A DNA stretch of 64,000 nt from Haliotis cracherodii (lineage: Eukaryota): assembly GCF_022045235.1 (NCBI RefSeq), contig NW_027266300.1, positions 1,364,001 through 1,428,000 on the forward strand, given 5' to 3'. Numbering within the stretch: position 1 is the first letter of the stretch; every line of letters starts with the position of its first letter. Under the pieces are notes generated by a model. It was not told where the DNA came from. It worked only from the letters and a program-made list of their open reading frames with translations, and searched no databases. Position numbers and translations under genes: made by a program. Positions 36,513 through 49,675 of this stretch are shown piece by piece.

Positions 36513-37456
36513 TAATGACACATGGGGCAGCCACCACTGCCCAATTAAAATATCATTAAATATATGCCATCTACCGACCCTCTCAACTGACACCCCCGGC
36601 AAATGAAATTTATTTTATAAAAAAGCTAACTGGCAACTATTTACAAATCTATGCAACCAAACAGACACAGACCAAATCCATGACATAAACATAGAGTCAC
36701 ATTCAACACAAAACTCACTAACAAATGACAATAAACAGCCATTGAATACATCCCCATTAGTGCCACTAACCACACGCACGACCCAGTCAGTCCCCTGGTG
36801 GAGCTCTGAAATTGAAAACAAAGAAAATTAAGAAAATAGGCTCTCAATAAATCAAAGAGAGGCCATTCAAAATTACCTTTATTCATAAATCTTAGAAACA
36901 AAAAAACCCAACTCATTAAGGCAGCCAAAAAAGCCACTGGCAATCCTTTTGTAAAAATAATACTAGGAAATTGTGGAAAATTTTTTAAAGCCATGAAGGG
37001 TACTTAAAAAAAACAAGTTTATCCAAACATTAAGGACCTATCTGCAAATAAAGAGAAAGCTAATGTTATCGCTGCCCATTTCGCCAAAACCAGCAGCTCC
37101 ACCAACTACTCACCCCAATTCCAAAACACCATAAAAAACATCCCTTTTTCACAGAAAGGCCAAACCACACCCAGCTACCAATCAACAAAATACTTAATAT
37201 ACATGAATTGCAAACAGACTGAAAAAAACACAAAAATACAGCCTCCGCCACAGGTCTTGACTACATTTTTAATAAAATCCCCAACAAAATTCAAAAATTA
37301 CTTTTACAATTGTACAACAAAATATAGACAACAGGCACGACACAATCAACATGGAACGTGCAAAAGTAGTACCAGTCCTGAAACCATGAAAACCCAAAAA
37401 TGAGCCTGACTCATACTGCCCCATATCTCTAACTAAATTTTGGAATCAATTATAAA

Positions 37457-37942
37457 CAAGCATGAAATACTCACATCCCCCGCCAATATGACATGTCGGG
37501 TGTGTGCAATGCATTAGCTCCCGTGTACTATGTTCACAGGGCCTTTTTTGTAAAGAGATATAGTACGTTTTTCAAGATCTGCTCAGGAAACGAGGAGAAC
37601 CAAAAAATCCAAATTTATCCAAAGGCACCAGTTCACCACTAGACCTATCAATGTGCAAAATATGGTGAAGAAAATAGGTACGGTTTTCAAGATCTGCTCA
37701 GGAAACGAGGACCACCACCATTTTGAGTCTAAATCAAAGTCGTTGCCATGGAAACTAAAAAATATTGCTTTTAAAAATCCCAAACTATCAAAAGGCACCA
37801 GTTCACCACTGGATCTATTTATGTGCCAAGTTCGGTGAAGAAGGTACGGTTTTCAAGATCTGCTCCTGAAACGAAATGTGACGGACGGAAGGATAGAAAG
37901 ACGGAAGGACGGACGGCACCCATTCCTATATCCCCCTTTCAC
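37457..37942 (+). mobile_element. pearl/HINE-like element inserted in the LINE
   Basis: ACAAG start; two core repeats (AAAGGCACCAGTTCACCACT...TTTTCAAGATCTGCTC); (GACG/GAAG)n; TATATCCCCC end. Confidence 0.65.
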
Positions 37943-39421
37943 TTCCCATCAAACATAATCAGATACCCACCAATTAGAAAACGGCACCCCACAAGGAAGC
38001 ACCTTGTCACCAACTTTATATTATTTCATGATTGAAAACATTTTTCCAAATTCTATTAAAAAACAATGATATATCTACAGCCAAATTTGCAGGCGACATT
38101 TCCTTTCTCATCTTTGTTAAACCTAATTAAAACCAAAATACAGTCTGCACTTAACAGTATTCCAAAATGGTCTAATAAGTGGGGCTTTCAAAATAAACAC
38201 TAAAAAACTATTGGCATGCTATTTAAAAAATAACATATGATAAATTATACACCCAAACTTTACCAAAACAATGAAGAAATCACATTCCAAAAAGAGGCAA
38301 AATTCTAGGAGCCACATTTGACCAACACCTCACCTGGACACCTCATATATCAAAACTGGTCAACTCTTGTGAAAAAAGATTTAAATCTAATTAGGGCCAT
38401 CAGAGGCACCAACTGGGGTCCAGACAAACAAACACTTCTTAGTAAATACAGAACACAAATACAATCAAAAATAGATTATGCCCCTCTGGTCCTAAGTAGC
38501 ATTTCAAGTAAAAATCAGAATAAACTAAAATCTGTCCAATATAAAGCCCTCAGAATAGCCAGGTACCAGGAATGTTACTGCCCACAATACACCACTACTA
38601 ATGACAGGCACACTCTCAATCACACACCACAGACAGCAAGCTGGCTTAAATTACAGGGCTGGGGCCCAACATTACCTGATATACAAAACACTCACACAAA
38701 AATATGACAACATTAAAAATCTACAATACCGGGTAACTAAAATCAAAACCCACCCAGTAAAAGTCCCATACCTTACTCACCTATACAAACTATGACAAAC
38801 CCATAACCTAATTAATATGAAACACACTCCCCCACCCCAACACTTCATACTTGATCAACCAGCACCACATGACACAGCATACTGCAGAACTATAAACAAT
38901 ACTTACAGCCCTCCATCCATTCAAAACACTTAAACAAAACAACTTTTTAATTATTTCAGACCCCCTCGGCCCACTAAAACAAATTCAAAACAAATATTAG
39001 AATATATGACCTGATTTAATCAACAACATTATCCATTTCATTTCAGAATTAAAATCAGAAAACAAATCTGTAAGTCTACTTTGGGCACCTGGCCACTCCA
39101 ACACACCTGGTAACAACATTGCAGGCATTACAGTAATACTTGCCATAACACATCCATCCCCAACCATTGATTTTCACACTACTAAAGCCTAGATGAATTC
39201 AAATATTAAACAATCCATCAAAATTCAAAATTTTCAAAATCTTATTCAAAATTCTAACTCTACCTTGATTAAGACTCTATTTAATAAACCAATCTATAAA
39301 TGACCTTTTTTGACAAAATAATATCCCGTATTATCAGTGGCGATACAAATCTAAACTATAATCTACATAAGCAAAAAAGACATCAAAATACTAACTGTTC
39401 AAACTGCCTCATTCCCGAAGA

Positions 39422-39588
39422 GGAGCGGTCAGGAAGCCTAGTGGTTGAAGCGTTCACTTGTCATGCTGAAGACCAGGGTTTGATTCCCGACATGGGTACA
39501 GTGTGTGAAGCCCATTTCTGGAGTTCCCCGGACTGGAATATTCTGGAATATTGCTTAAAGCGGCGTAAAACCATACTCACTCACTCAT
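39422..39588 (+). mobile_element. Short tRNA-derived SINE, family D
   Basis: AGCCTAGTGGTT A box, ATGGGTACAGTGTGTGAAGCCCATTTCTGG core, (ACTC)n tail, TSD TTCCC(G/A)AAGA. Confidence 0.85.
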
Positions 39589-39919
39589 TCCCAAAGACCT
39601 AGACCAAATTTTTAAAGACTGATTACTTTATAGCACTTTCCATTCTCAACTATATCACTCTATACCATGTCACTATCAGCACAATATTTCCTTACTATTC
39701 ATTCAACCCTCCAGCAATATGCGACTCAATTACCAATTTCATTCTTAATGCTAAAATCACTGTCAAAGTTTAGAACACCCCATACAAACTCTGCTTCAAA
39801 ATCTCATAATATAAACACATGTTTTTCCCATTTGGGATCGGATCGAAAAATCCAGCGGGGACTGTCTTCTACGACGTCCGCTTGGGAAGTCTCACTTATC
39901 CATACCACTAACAAAGACA

Positions 39920-40140
39920 GAGTGAGTGAGTGAGTGAGTGAGTGAGTGAGTGAGTGAGTGAGTGAGTGAGTGAGTGAGTGAGTGAGTTTTGGTTTTACGC
40001 CGCTTTTAGCAATGTTCCAGCAATATCGCGGTGGGGGACACCAGAAATGGGCTTCACACATTGTACCCATGTCAGGATTCGAACCCGGGTCTTCGGTGTG
40101 ACGAGCAAACGCTTTAACCACTAGGCTACCCGACCACCCC
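39920..40140 (-). mobile_element. SINE family D with expanded (GAGT)n tail
   Basis: B box GGTTCGAATCC on the minus strand; same core as 39422-39588. Confidence 0.88.
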
Positions 40141-40159
40141 AACATAGACAGACAATAGT

Positions 40160-40775
40160 TTATTAGTGTCTCACTTCTGTACATACATAAAACAGCTTTT
40201 TACAAATAAACATTTATAGAATGTACAGAACCATTCACAAGAATTATAAGAGACAAATTATTTGAAAATTCATACATATATGCTATAAAGATGATACAGT
40301 AAAATGTTATCCATATAAAAGATGCTTTATAAAAAAAACAAAAAAACATGCTTTATACGATTAAGAATTAAAAAAGCAGACCTTGGCAAATATAAAACAC
40401 ACACTGGCATCACTGAAAATTAAACACAGTTTGTCGATATCAGGTATATCTAAAAAATTATAAGATTTCGCAATACATTCATGTAAAAGAGTTGCCCTGA
40501 TATCGTCATATAATACGGAGTGAAACAAAACATGGACCTCGTCTTCTATGCTGTCATAACAGTGAACACATTTTCTATTATGGACAGGTACACCTTCATA
40601 CCAACCGGTTTCCACACGAAAAGGAGCCACGCCACACCTAAACTTGGCTAGTGCTGACCTATAGTTTCGTGGCATCTTATTTGAAACATAGTATTCTGTC
40701 CCATATACTTGCTTGTAACATCGGTACATTCTCAATTTATTAAGCCCATTTCGCCCCTCTTCCTTTCTTAACATA
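40160..40775 (-). mobile_element. LINE 3' fragment (C-terminal cysteine-rich region)
   Basis: KLRMYRCYK...RSALAKFRCG...ETG...RKCVHC...IEDEVHVLF. Confidence 0.85.
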
Positions 40776-41188
40776 GGACATCAATAATCCAGCTAACTGC
40801 TAATGTCAAGGCTATAACAACACCTCTCACTGCCAGCAATCGCCTCCCTACCCCGCCACCACGACTCCCCACCCCGCCACCACGACTCCCCACCCCAGAG
40901 ATTATAGACTTAGGCTAGGCTCATATTCCCTTTCTTTTTCTTTAGTAGGCCCCATTTCTAATTACAGCTTATCTGTAATAAATTTATAACCTATTATGCT
41001 ATACTTTATACATATTTCGTTAATACTATATAAGAGTAGCAGTAGCTGTACCAGCTAACATAATATTGTCAGATCAAATTCTTGGGTTTTAAATTATTAC
41101 CATTTGTCCAAATTCATCCAAATATTTACACCTCCCCTTGTAATAATAAATTAAAATATAATACATAGATATATATTATAAGTACATA

Positions 41189-41314
41189 TACTACTCAAAA
41201 GAAGTTAAGGATCATCGATTCTTTCATATTACAATTGTTAATCTGCCCTGAAATGAGAGATTACCTGTAGTAATATGAAAGAATCGGGTGATCCTTAACT
41301 TTTTTTGAGTAGTA
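41189..41314. mobile_element. Tc1-type MITE (126 bp, almost fully palindromic)
   Basis: TACTACTCAAAAGAAGTTAAGGATCA...TGATCCTTAACTTTTTTTGAGTAGTA flanked by TA. Confidence 0.8.
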
Positions 41315-41340
41315 TATTATAGACATAGGTATTGGTAGAT

Positions 41341-43040
41341 AGTTATTTTCCCTTTAGTTATAGTTTTTTGGGTATGGTGATTTATGTATATTTCTTATTA
41401 TATTCTTATTCATAATTCCCAACCTACATCCCATCTCCGAAATACATTAACTGTGAAGAAGACTCCCAAAACTCCGCTCATTAAGTAAGAGAAAGCAGAG
41501 AAGTATGGCGGGGGGGGGGGGGGGGGGGAGAGGGAAACCTTAAAATCACAAATGCCAATGTTGAGTTCATCTGCTCTCCGATTGTTGTTACACAAGTGGT
41601 AAAATGGTATCCTCCCATCAATCATACAGGCCATTTGTCATACAGCTTAAAACAACATAGGTTATGCATGACTGGACCACTAACCCCCTGCCTTCTACCT
41701 ATCAATATGGACTGTTCCACACAGATCATTAACTTTGTTTATGTTTAAGTTTGTATTATAGGGAACACCAGGATTATAAATATGAATGATCTTGTGCTAA
41801 TTCATTTGCAGATTGTAAGAAAACAAATTGTAAAGAAGAAAAGTAATAAATAAATTAGTATGGTTTATTCAACATAATATTATAAATATGAACCATGTTT
41901 AACAAGAATTAATTACATAATTCAACATTCAAAGCATCATAATGGAGGATAATGGCTATCCAAGCTTCAATAGGTGACCTGCAGCATCAAGGAACTGGAT
42001 CAGACTTTTCCTTCCTTGGGTCAGCTGATCTTTCAGTCTCTGGAGTCTATTGTCAACCTCACGGTAGACCCGCTTTCTACTTGGTTCAGGTGCACGGAGG
42101 TTGATCTGCATCAACTGGATGGCACAGATTGCTGCTTGTTCAAAATCTGTCTGAAGGGGAGTGGTGGCAAGTTCTCTGTTCAGGGTGTCTGCAAACATTG
42201 GTCTTCAAAAGGCTGAACAGTCTTCTGTACGTTGGCATCTGGTGGTCGGGTAGCAAAGCATAAACTACAGGATAGCTAGCAGATCCACTTCTGATGTGAA
42301 GTATGTACACTTGATCCCAAAGGGCAGGGCAGGTGGTAAAGGTACAATCCATGTATGTCGTCTCAGCACCTTGTAGGATCTGTAGCTGCTCATCTGTGGC
42401 AAAGGCAAGGACCTTATTTTCTTCTCCATCGCTATATAGGAGGAAGCGGCCCCCATCTGATGTATGGCTCCAGGCATCATCTAGGTCCACGTGGGCTCTG
42501 GTTTAGGGCAGGACGGGTATGGTCTTCCTTCTGTGGTGGTAAAGGGCACTGCTAATGCTGGGGAAGGCAGGGAGGGCTTGGGCCTGGTCATCATCTTCAT
42601 CAGCGATCTGTTGGTTGTAGAGCAGCTGTATCGGGGTTGTTTCCTCTTTTGCTCTTCCTCAAGTTGCTGACAAAATGAACTAGGTTTGAATTCTCTGGGG
42701 TGGTTGTGCTCTGACACATTCCTCACAAAATACCAACAGTAGTGCACTTGCTGGAGCAGGATTTAATTACACGACGCCAGTGTTGTGCTGTCTGTCTTGT
42801 TGCATTCTTGTTAAACAAGTATCCTTCAAAGAGAACCTGCTGGGTACCGCGGGCTGACGTAACATATTCTACAAGTCGCAGAGCCATGATTGTGAATGAT
42901 GACTGACTGATTTATAGATTTTTACGTCCGCTTCGCATTTATTGCATTTCGAGGATGGGGTAGGTGGGGAAATAAAGATGAATAGATTAAATATGAAAAT
43001 CACCATGCCCAAAAAACTGTAACTAGCCGGGGGATGATCT
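41341..43040 (-). mobile_element. Mutator-like (MULE) transposon with FLYWCH-MULE transposase pseudogene (~41956-42887)
   Basis: ~120-bp imperfect TIRs (TAGTTATAGTTTTTTGGGTATGGTGAT / ATCACCATGCCCAAAAAACTGTAACTA); motifs FEGYLF..W, HNHP, YMDCTFTTCP..QVYILH, PVVYALLP, TDFEQAAI. Confidence 0.85.
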
Positions 43041-43179
43041 AGATTGTACTAGTGATGATACTTCGAGAGTATTATTATGGGTGTTGTTATTAGGAGGGAG
43101 CGTTAAGGGCCTTTACTATATATTACAGGGGAACACTGAGGTAGGGGTATAGCATATTGGGTGATTGAAGATATGTAGT

Positions 43180-46100
43180 TAGGCCACATTATTTAAGTAA
43201 GGGGAATAGATAAATAAAGAAAAAAGGGTTAAATTTTAGAGCCGTATAAGCCGGTTGTCCCCTGGGGTGGGTGGTGGGTGGTGGTGTTGTGACGTGGGTT
43301 GGTGGCGAGCGGTGTGGGCTTGTTATTGGTTGGTGCCGGCTGGCTTAACGACTGTATTAAGTTAGTGTATGGATAACCAGGGTTATAGGCACGGACGTCG
43401 GAGAGGACGACTCGTGTTGGAAATTTTGATCCCGATCCGAAAGTTGTTTTTTTTGGTTTACTAGGGCATAGTTATGTTGTATAGATTTGTTTGGGAGGTT
43501 CTAAAATCAGTCTGTAAGGTCGGCTTTGATGATGAATTGGGTTATTGCGTTGAAGATGGGGATAGGGTTGGAAGGGTTGAAAAGTTGTGTGAGGTTTTGT
43601 TTATAGTTAGGAGGGATAGCGTGATAAAGTTCGGAGTGAAGGGCGCAATATAAAGGACAGCTGTTAAAAATATGATACAAGTCTTCTGGTTGATTACAAT
43701 ATGTACATTTCCCGTCCGGGTGCTGCCTTGTTTGTGTAAATTGTGGTTGAGGTTGGTATTTCCGCTAATGATTCTTGATATAATATTGTCCAAGTGGTTA
43801 GAGCTGTTAAAGTTGCGGCATTTGAGATTGTATTGCGTAAAAAGTGTTTTGAGCCATTGCGAGTTGGTGTTTTGGATTATATTGTTGTAGTTTTGGAGTT
43901 TTATAGACTTTTTAAATTTGTTTTTTAACTCTGCTTTGGAGGTGTGGAAATATATTTCTAATGAGGGCTGTTGGGTGGCTATTTTGGCTGCTATATGTGC
44001 TTTGTTATTGCCTGGTATATTGGTGTGTCCCGAGGCCCAGAGTAGACTGATTTGTTTGTTGTTATTGTTGAGTTGGGTGATGAGAGTAATAATGTTGTTG
44101 ATGAGGTCTGGGCGTGTTCTGGAGTATTTGTTTTGAATTTGTTTCTGTGCGGTTAGTGAGTCTGATATTATTAGAAATTTTTGTTGGTTAATTGTTTTGA
44201 TGGCATGAATTGATGTAAGGATGGCTAATAGTTCCCCTGTGTAATTGTTAGTGAAGTTTTTATAGTGAAAGTTTGTTCTGACGGGGGGTTGTTGGTCTAT
44301 GTGTATTCCTAGTCCTGTTTTCCCATTGTTTTGTGATGCGTCGGTGTAAATGTGGGTGTGTGTCGGCCAGTTGTTGTGGAGGTGTCTAAGGGTTGCTTCG
44401 GTCTTTTTTGCAGTTGGAGTACCGGGGCTTTGTATAAATAATTCGTGGAGCAGTGTGTCTACTGGGGGGGGGGGATGGGAGGTCGGCTATGTATTGGAGG
44501 GAGGGGTGTGTGTGTGTTATATTGCTTAGATTGTGGGTGTGTATTAGCTTGAGTAGGTGGGTCATGTATGGGGCTTGGTCAGGGGATTTATTGAATTTGA
44601 TTGCCGTTTGTTTGTTAATGTTGTTATATTTTTGTTTGAGTGTTTTAAAGATTGGATTGTGTTGTGCCCCAGCCCCAGTAGTTGAGGATTTTCTGTTGTA
44701 ATCTGTGTGTAATGGAGAGAGAGTTGGTCATGAGTAGTAAGGCATGGTGTGAGGTACCAGTCCTGGTGCCGGTGGCTATTTTGAGGGCCTTATATTGGAT
44801 TGATTTAATTTTGTTGTAGTTAGTAGTTGAAATGCCACTTGAGGCTGGAGCGGTGTAGTCGATTTTGGATTGAATAAGTGTTTTGTAGATGTTGAGGTGG
44901 GTTTGTTTGTCAGACCCCCAATCGTTCCCTTTCATAGCTCTCATTAGGTTTAAATCTTTTTCACAAGAGTTGACCAATTTTGATATATGGGGGCCCCATG
45001 TAAGATGTTGATCAAATGTAACTCCTAGGAACTTAGCTTCTTTTTGGTATGTAATTTCTTTGTCATTAAGGTGAAGTTTGGGTGTGTAATTTTGCATATA
45101 TTGTTTTTTGAAGAGGGCCAATGGTCTTTTTGGTGTTTGATTTGGAATCCCCAGTTGGAAGCCCAATTTTGGATATTGTTTAAAGCAGATTGCATTCTAG
45201 TTTTTAGTAAATAGATGGAGGCCGAGGAGGTCCAGAGGGAAACGTCATCTGCGAATTTTGCTGTGGTAATTTTTTCTTTATTTTTTAATCTGAGAAGATG
45301 TCATTTATCATAAAATTGCATAGAGTTGGCGATAAGATGCTTCCTTGTGGGGTGCCGTTTTCAATGGGGTGAGTGTCGGACAGGGTTTGATGGGATTTAA
45401 CAGTGATGTGTCTGTCGGTTAGGAAAGAGTGAATGAAGTTTAGTATTCTCCCATTGATATGATTGTTTTCAAGTTTTTTAAGAAGGCCGTTATGCCAAAC
45501 CATGTGGAAAGCTTTGCTGACATCTATAAAGATGTCCAGGGTGTATTGTTTCATTGATTGTCTGTCCTTAGGTCTTGTTCTAGGTGTAGGATGTGGTCTA
45601 ATGTTTGTCTGTTATTTGTGAAGCCCCTCTGGTCTGGGCTGATTAGTCTGTTTATGGAGATGTGATGCTTAAGTCTATTATTGATAATTGATTCAAGGAT
45701 TTTGCATGTGTGGGAGGTTAGGGATATGGGACGGAAGGAGTCGGGATCATTGGGGGGTTTGCCTGGCTTCAGGACTGGAATGATTTTTGCGTGTTTCCAT
45801 GTTTGTGGTGTTGTGCCTGTTGACCATATTTGGTTGTAGAGTTGTAGTAATAATTGTTGTATTTGAGGTGTGATTTTATTTAGTATCATGTAGCTTATGT
45901 TATCTAGTCCCGTGGCTGAGGCTGTGTTTTTGTTATGGAGTGCATGTAGAAGTTCATGTATATTGATGGTTTTATTGATGGAGAGATGGGCTAAGTCGTA
46001 GGTTCGTAGGGGTGGTGGTTTTTGATTTTGTCTTGGAAGGGGGGGGGGGGATAGTTGGCGGTGCTGCTGGTCTTGGCAAAGTGAATAGCTATATGATTGT

Positions 46101-49100
46101 TTTATATATGATTTAAGTTTGTTCCTTATTTTTCTTGAATTATTTTCGCCAAATTTGAGGGTATTGCAGAAAAGCTGCTAGTTTTTTTTTCTGGCCGTTT
46201 TAATGAGCTGTTTGGTATGGTTTCTGAGATGAATGAAATCAGGAATTTTTGTTTTTATCTCGTTTGCTTCTACTTAGGGCTCTTTTCCTTAATTTCCTAG
46301 AGTTTTGGGTGTCCGCCGCTCCACCAGGGGACTGGGTTGTGGGAGGGGGTGGGTTGTGGGAGGGGGGTGGGTAGTGGGAGGGGGTGGGTTTGTGGGAAGG
46401 GGTGGGTTGTGGGAGGGGGACTGGGTTGTGGGAGGGGACTGGGTTGTGGGAGGGGGTGGGTTTGGTTGTGGGTATGCATTGGCTTGCGATTTGGAATAAC
46501 GTTAGGTTGGTATTGAATGTGTCTATGTTGCTGTTTTGTATATTTTTGGGGTCTGTTTGGTTGCATAGTTTGGTAAAGAGTTGCCAATTGGCTTTTTGGA
46601 AGTTGAATTTTATTTGCTGGGTGGTTTCTAAAGGAGGTTCGTTAGTGGATAAAGGGGGATTTGAAGAGCATTTAGTTTCGATGTTAATGGGGAAGTGGTC
46701 ACTTCCCCAGGTGTCGTTATGAACATCCCAGCTAATTAGATTGGACAGTCTGTTTGTTATTAGTGAAAGGTCTACTGTGGTAGGTTTTGTAGTCTGGATG
46801 TTGGGTATCTTGTGGGTTGGTTATCGTTGAGTGAGATGAGGTTTGCCTTGTCTATCCATTCTACCAGAAGTCTCCCGAATTTATCAGTATAGTTTTTAGT
46901 TCCTCAGAGCGGGTGGTGTGCATTAAGGTCTCCGAGTAGGATGGTGTTATGGGTGATATGCTTGGACAGAATATCAAGGTCCTGGGAGGTAAAAGGTTTG
47001 GTTTTAGTATGATAGATATTTATTATTCTTACATTAGTTTTGTGGAAGGTTGTATCTATTGCCAGGGTTTCTAGATTGGGGGTGGGGATGGGGACGGTAC
47101 TGTAGTTAAGTGAATTATGGATAAAAAGAGCAAGTCCTCCGTGACGGGGGCCGGGAGTGTTTGGTTGTCGGGGTCGGTCTTTACGTAGAAATTGGAATTC
47201 GGGGATTTGGAAGTCTTTTTTGGATGGAAGTAGGGTTTCCTGGAGTGCAATAATGAGGGGTAGTATTTCTTTAAGAGAGAAGAGGGCCTTTAGTTCGTGT
47301 CCGTTGGCCCGAAGGCCATTACAATTCCATTGTATGATGGACATGCTTGGAAGGGGGGTTGTGCTGGGGGCTAGGGATTGGACTGGGGGGGTAGGGTAGG
47401 TTGGAATGTTAGTATTTTAGTTTGAGGGTAGCTGTTTGGAGAGATGCAAAAGACTTCTGGTAGATTTTGGACATGGTAGCTAATGTGTGGAGTTTTTTGG
47501 CAGTAGGGTGTTTAAGAAGAATGGCTGCGATTATAAATTCGACTAGTTTGTTTGTGTTATTGTACAGTTTTTGTGGAGTGATGTTTGCGGAGGGTGTGGA
47601 CTTAAGTTGATGTATTTTGTTTGTTAGGAATTCTCTTCTGTGTTTGGAGATATGGAGTGGATTGGAAGTGGGGTGGGGGAGGGATTGGTAGGGGGTGGGG
47701 AGGTGGGGAGGTGGGGAGGGGGGTATGTGGGGGAGTATGGGGGTAGGGGTTTGGAATGCTAGCGGTTGTTTGGGTATGGTGGATGAGGGTTGGGGGGGTG
47801 GTGGAAGAGCTGTGGTCTGAGTGTTGTTTGGGAGTGTAGAGGTTTGTGGGGGGGGAGGGTTTGTGGGGGGGGGAGGGTATGTAGGGGAGAGTAGCGGGGC
47901 TGTAGTTGTGGATGGCAAGGGATGGATGTAGACTGTGGTTGTGGTGGTAGGGGGTGGTGTGGGTTTGGTTGGTTTTTGGTTGGTGGCCCGTGGGTGAGTT
48001 GAAGTTGATGGTGGCATGGGCTGGGGGTTGGGGGTAGGAGGGGTGGTTGTGTGTAGGAGCTGAATGAGGAATCAAGGTCATGGTCGGAGAGGGGATAGGG
48101 GTCTTCAGGGTTGTCTTCTGAGTAATACTGGAGGAGGGGGATTTGGGCTGGTTTGGGGAGGTCAGTTTGTTTGAGGTTTTTGTTTAGATTGAGTATGTAT
48201 TTTTGTTTTGTTGGGCATGTATTCCGGTTTGAGGTGTGGCCCTCTGATTTGCAGTTAACACAGTATGGGGCCCAGGAGCATTCCTGGATGGCATGGTTTT
48301 CAGAGCCACATTTAGGGCACAGGGGCGTTTTTTTGCAGTCGGAGGCCTTATGTTCGAAAGAATGGTAGTAGATACATTGGGGTGGTTTTTTTCTGATTGG
48401 GTGAACTTTGTAGTTTAGTGCTCCGAAGGTAATGTAGTTTGGTAATGAGGTTGCTTTGAATGTAAGAAAGATGGTTTGTTTGGTGAGTCTACCCTGGGTG
48501 AGTTGGCGTTTGTTTATTGCTCTGAAGTTGGTGATTTGGGGTTGTGTGGGGAATTGGTTGGACCATGTTGATGTAATCTTGAATGTCGTCTGAGGTGCCA
48601 CTTGTGTCGAGGTAAATCACTTCTTGCATTTCTGTTTGCCATCGGGGAATTTGCCAATTGATATTTAGACCATCAATGATGGGGGTTCTGATAGCCAAGT
48701 TGAGGGGGAGGATTGGTCGTAAAAGGTAATTTTTAAACCTCTCCCGCAGGAGTTAATGAATTTGAAGTTTAGATTTGATTTTTTGAGGCAGACTGCGAAT
48801 TTGTTGGCTGAGAAGGTTTCATTTAGTGGTGTAGTGGAGTTTGCATGGAAGGCTGTGAGAATTTGTTTTGTGGGTGGGTTTTGGGTAGTGTTCTGGGGGG
48901 GTGTTTGTTTGTCACAGGTTTTTTTGGTGTTTTGTTGGATTTCTGTTGGGGAGTCAATGGACCTTTTGTTATTTTTGTTGATGTTGGTTTGGGGGGGGGA
49001 TAGATGTTTAAGTGATGGGTCGGGAGGGGGTGATGATTTCCAGGTCTAGTCCAAAATTTGGGGGTATTTTATTTATGTTTTGTGTAGTGGGAAGGCCTGG

Positions 49101-49675
49101 AAATTCTTTGGGATCGGGTGTGGAGAAGATGGAAGTGGATAGGAGTGGGGAGGGGAGGTCCATGGGGGGCGAGTATGTAGTGTCCATGATTTGGGAGAGG
49201 GGGTTGGGAACGGTGGTGGGGGTAGGTGGATATATACAAGATAATGGGTGATATACAAACAATCAATCAATGAAATAATTTACAGTTGGATGAGAATTGA
49301 TGAGTATTTACAGTCTATTTACATGGTTTATGCATTGAAGTACAAACATTGCATTGGGGAACATAAAAGTGGGAGGATAAATATAAGTTTTGATGAAGTA
49401 GGGGAGATAAGGTAGCAACTTATCTATGCTTTGGTTCTTTGTATCGAGAGTCCGTGGGGTGGGCTTGGGGGTGAGGCATTCGGTTGCAGTGGCGGCCGGC
49501 CGGCTTACAATGAATGTCCGAATCCCAGTATTTGGGCTTGTGTGTTATGGTGACGTTCGAAATCCCAGTTGGCGATGGTGAGTGCTGTGATCTTGGATGT
49601 AACGATGTTTGAGGTGAGTTAATGACTGGAGATGGCCTAGGAGGGCTGTTTGGGTTCCCATGCCGGGGACATGAC
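43180..49675 (-). mobile_element. Near full-length decayed I/Nimb-clade LINE (ORF1 with CCHC knuckles; ORF2 APE-RT-RNase H)
   Basis: ORF1 QC...H...C, CPKCGSENH..EC, CVNCKSEGH...CP; ORF2 MSIIQWNCNGL, LQET, LLGDLNAHH, FRPISLTS, DVSKAF, GTPQGSILSP, FADD, IYTDAS, SDSL; many frameshifts; 5' boundary approximate. Confidence 0.92.

Larger units (their letters stand above)
36520..39915 (+). mobile_element. Decayed I/Nimb-like LINE ORF2 (RT, RNase H, 3' UTR); tail probably continues at 40776-41180
   Basis: KANWQLF, PDSYCPISL, KDLNLIRAIRGTNWG.DKQTL, QSKIDYA, ISRIISGDTNLNYNLHK; homologous to 43180-46700. Confidence 0.85.

Noticed and set aside
47409-48081. Proline-rich extensin-like ORFs
   Set aside because: C-rich low-complexity, frameshifted C-terminal part of LINE ORF1
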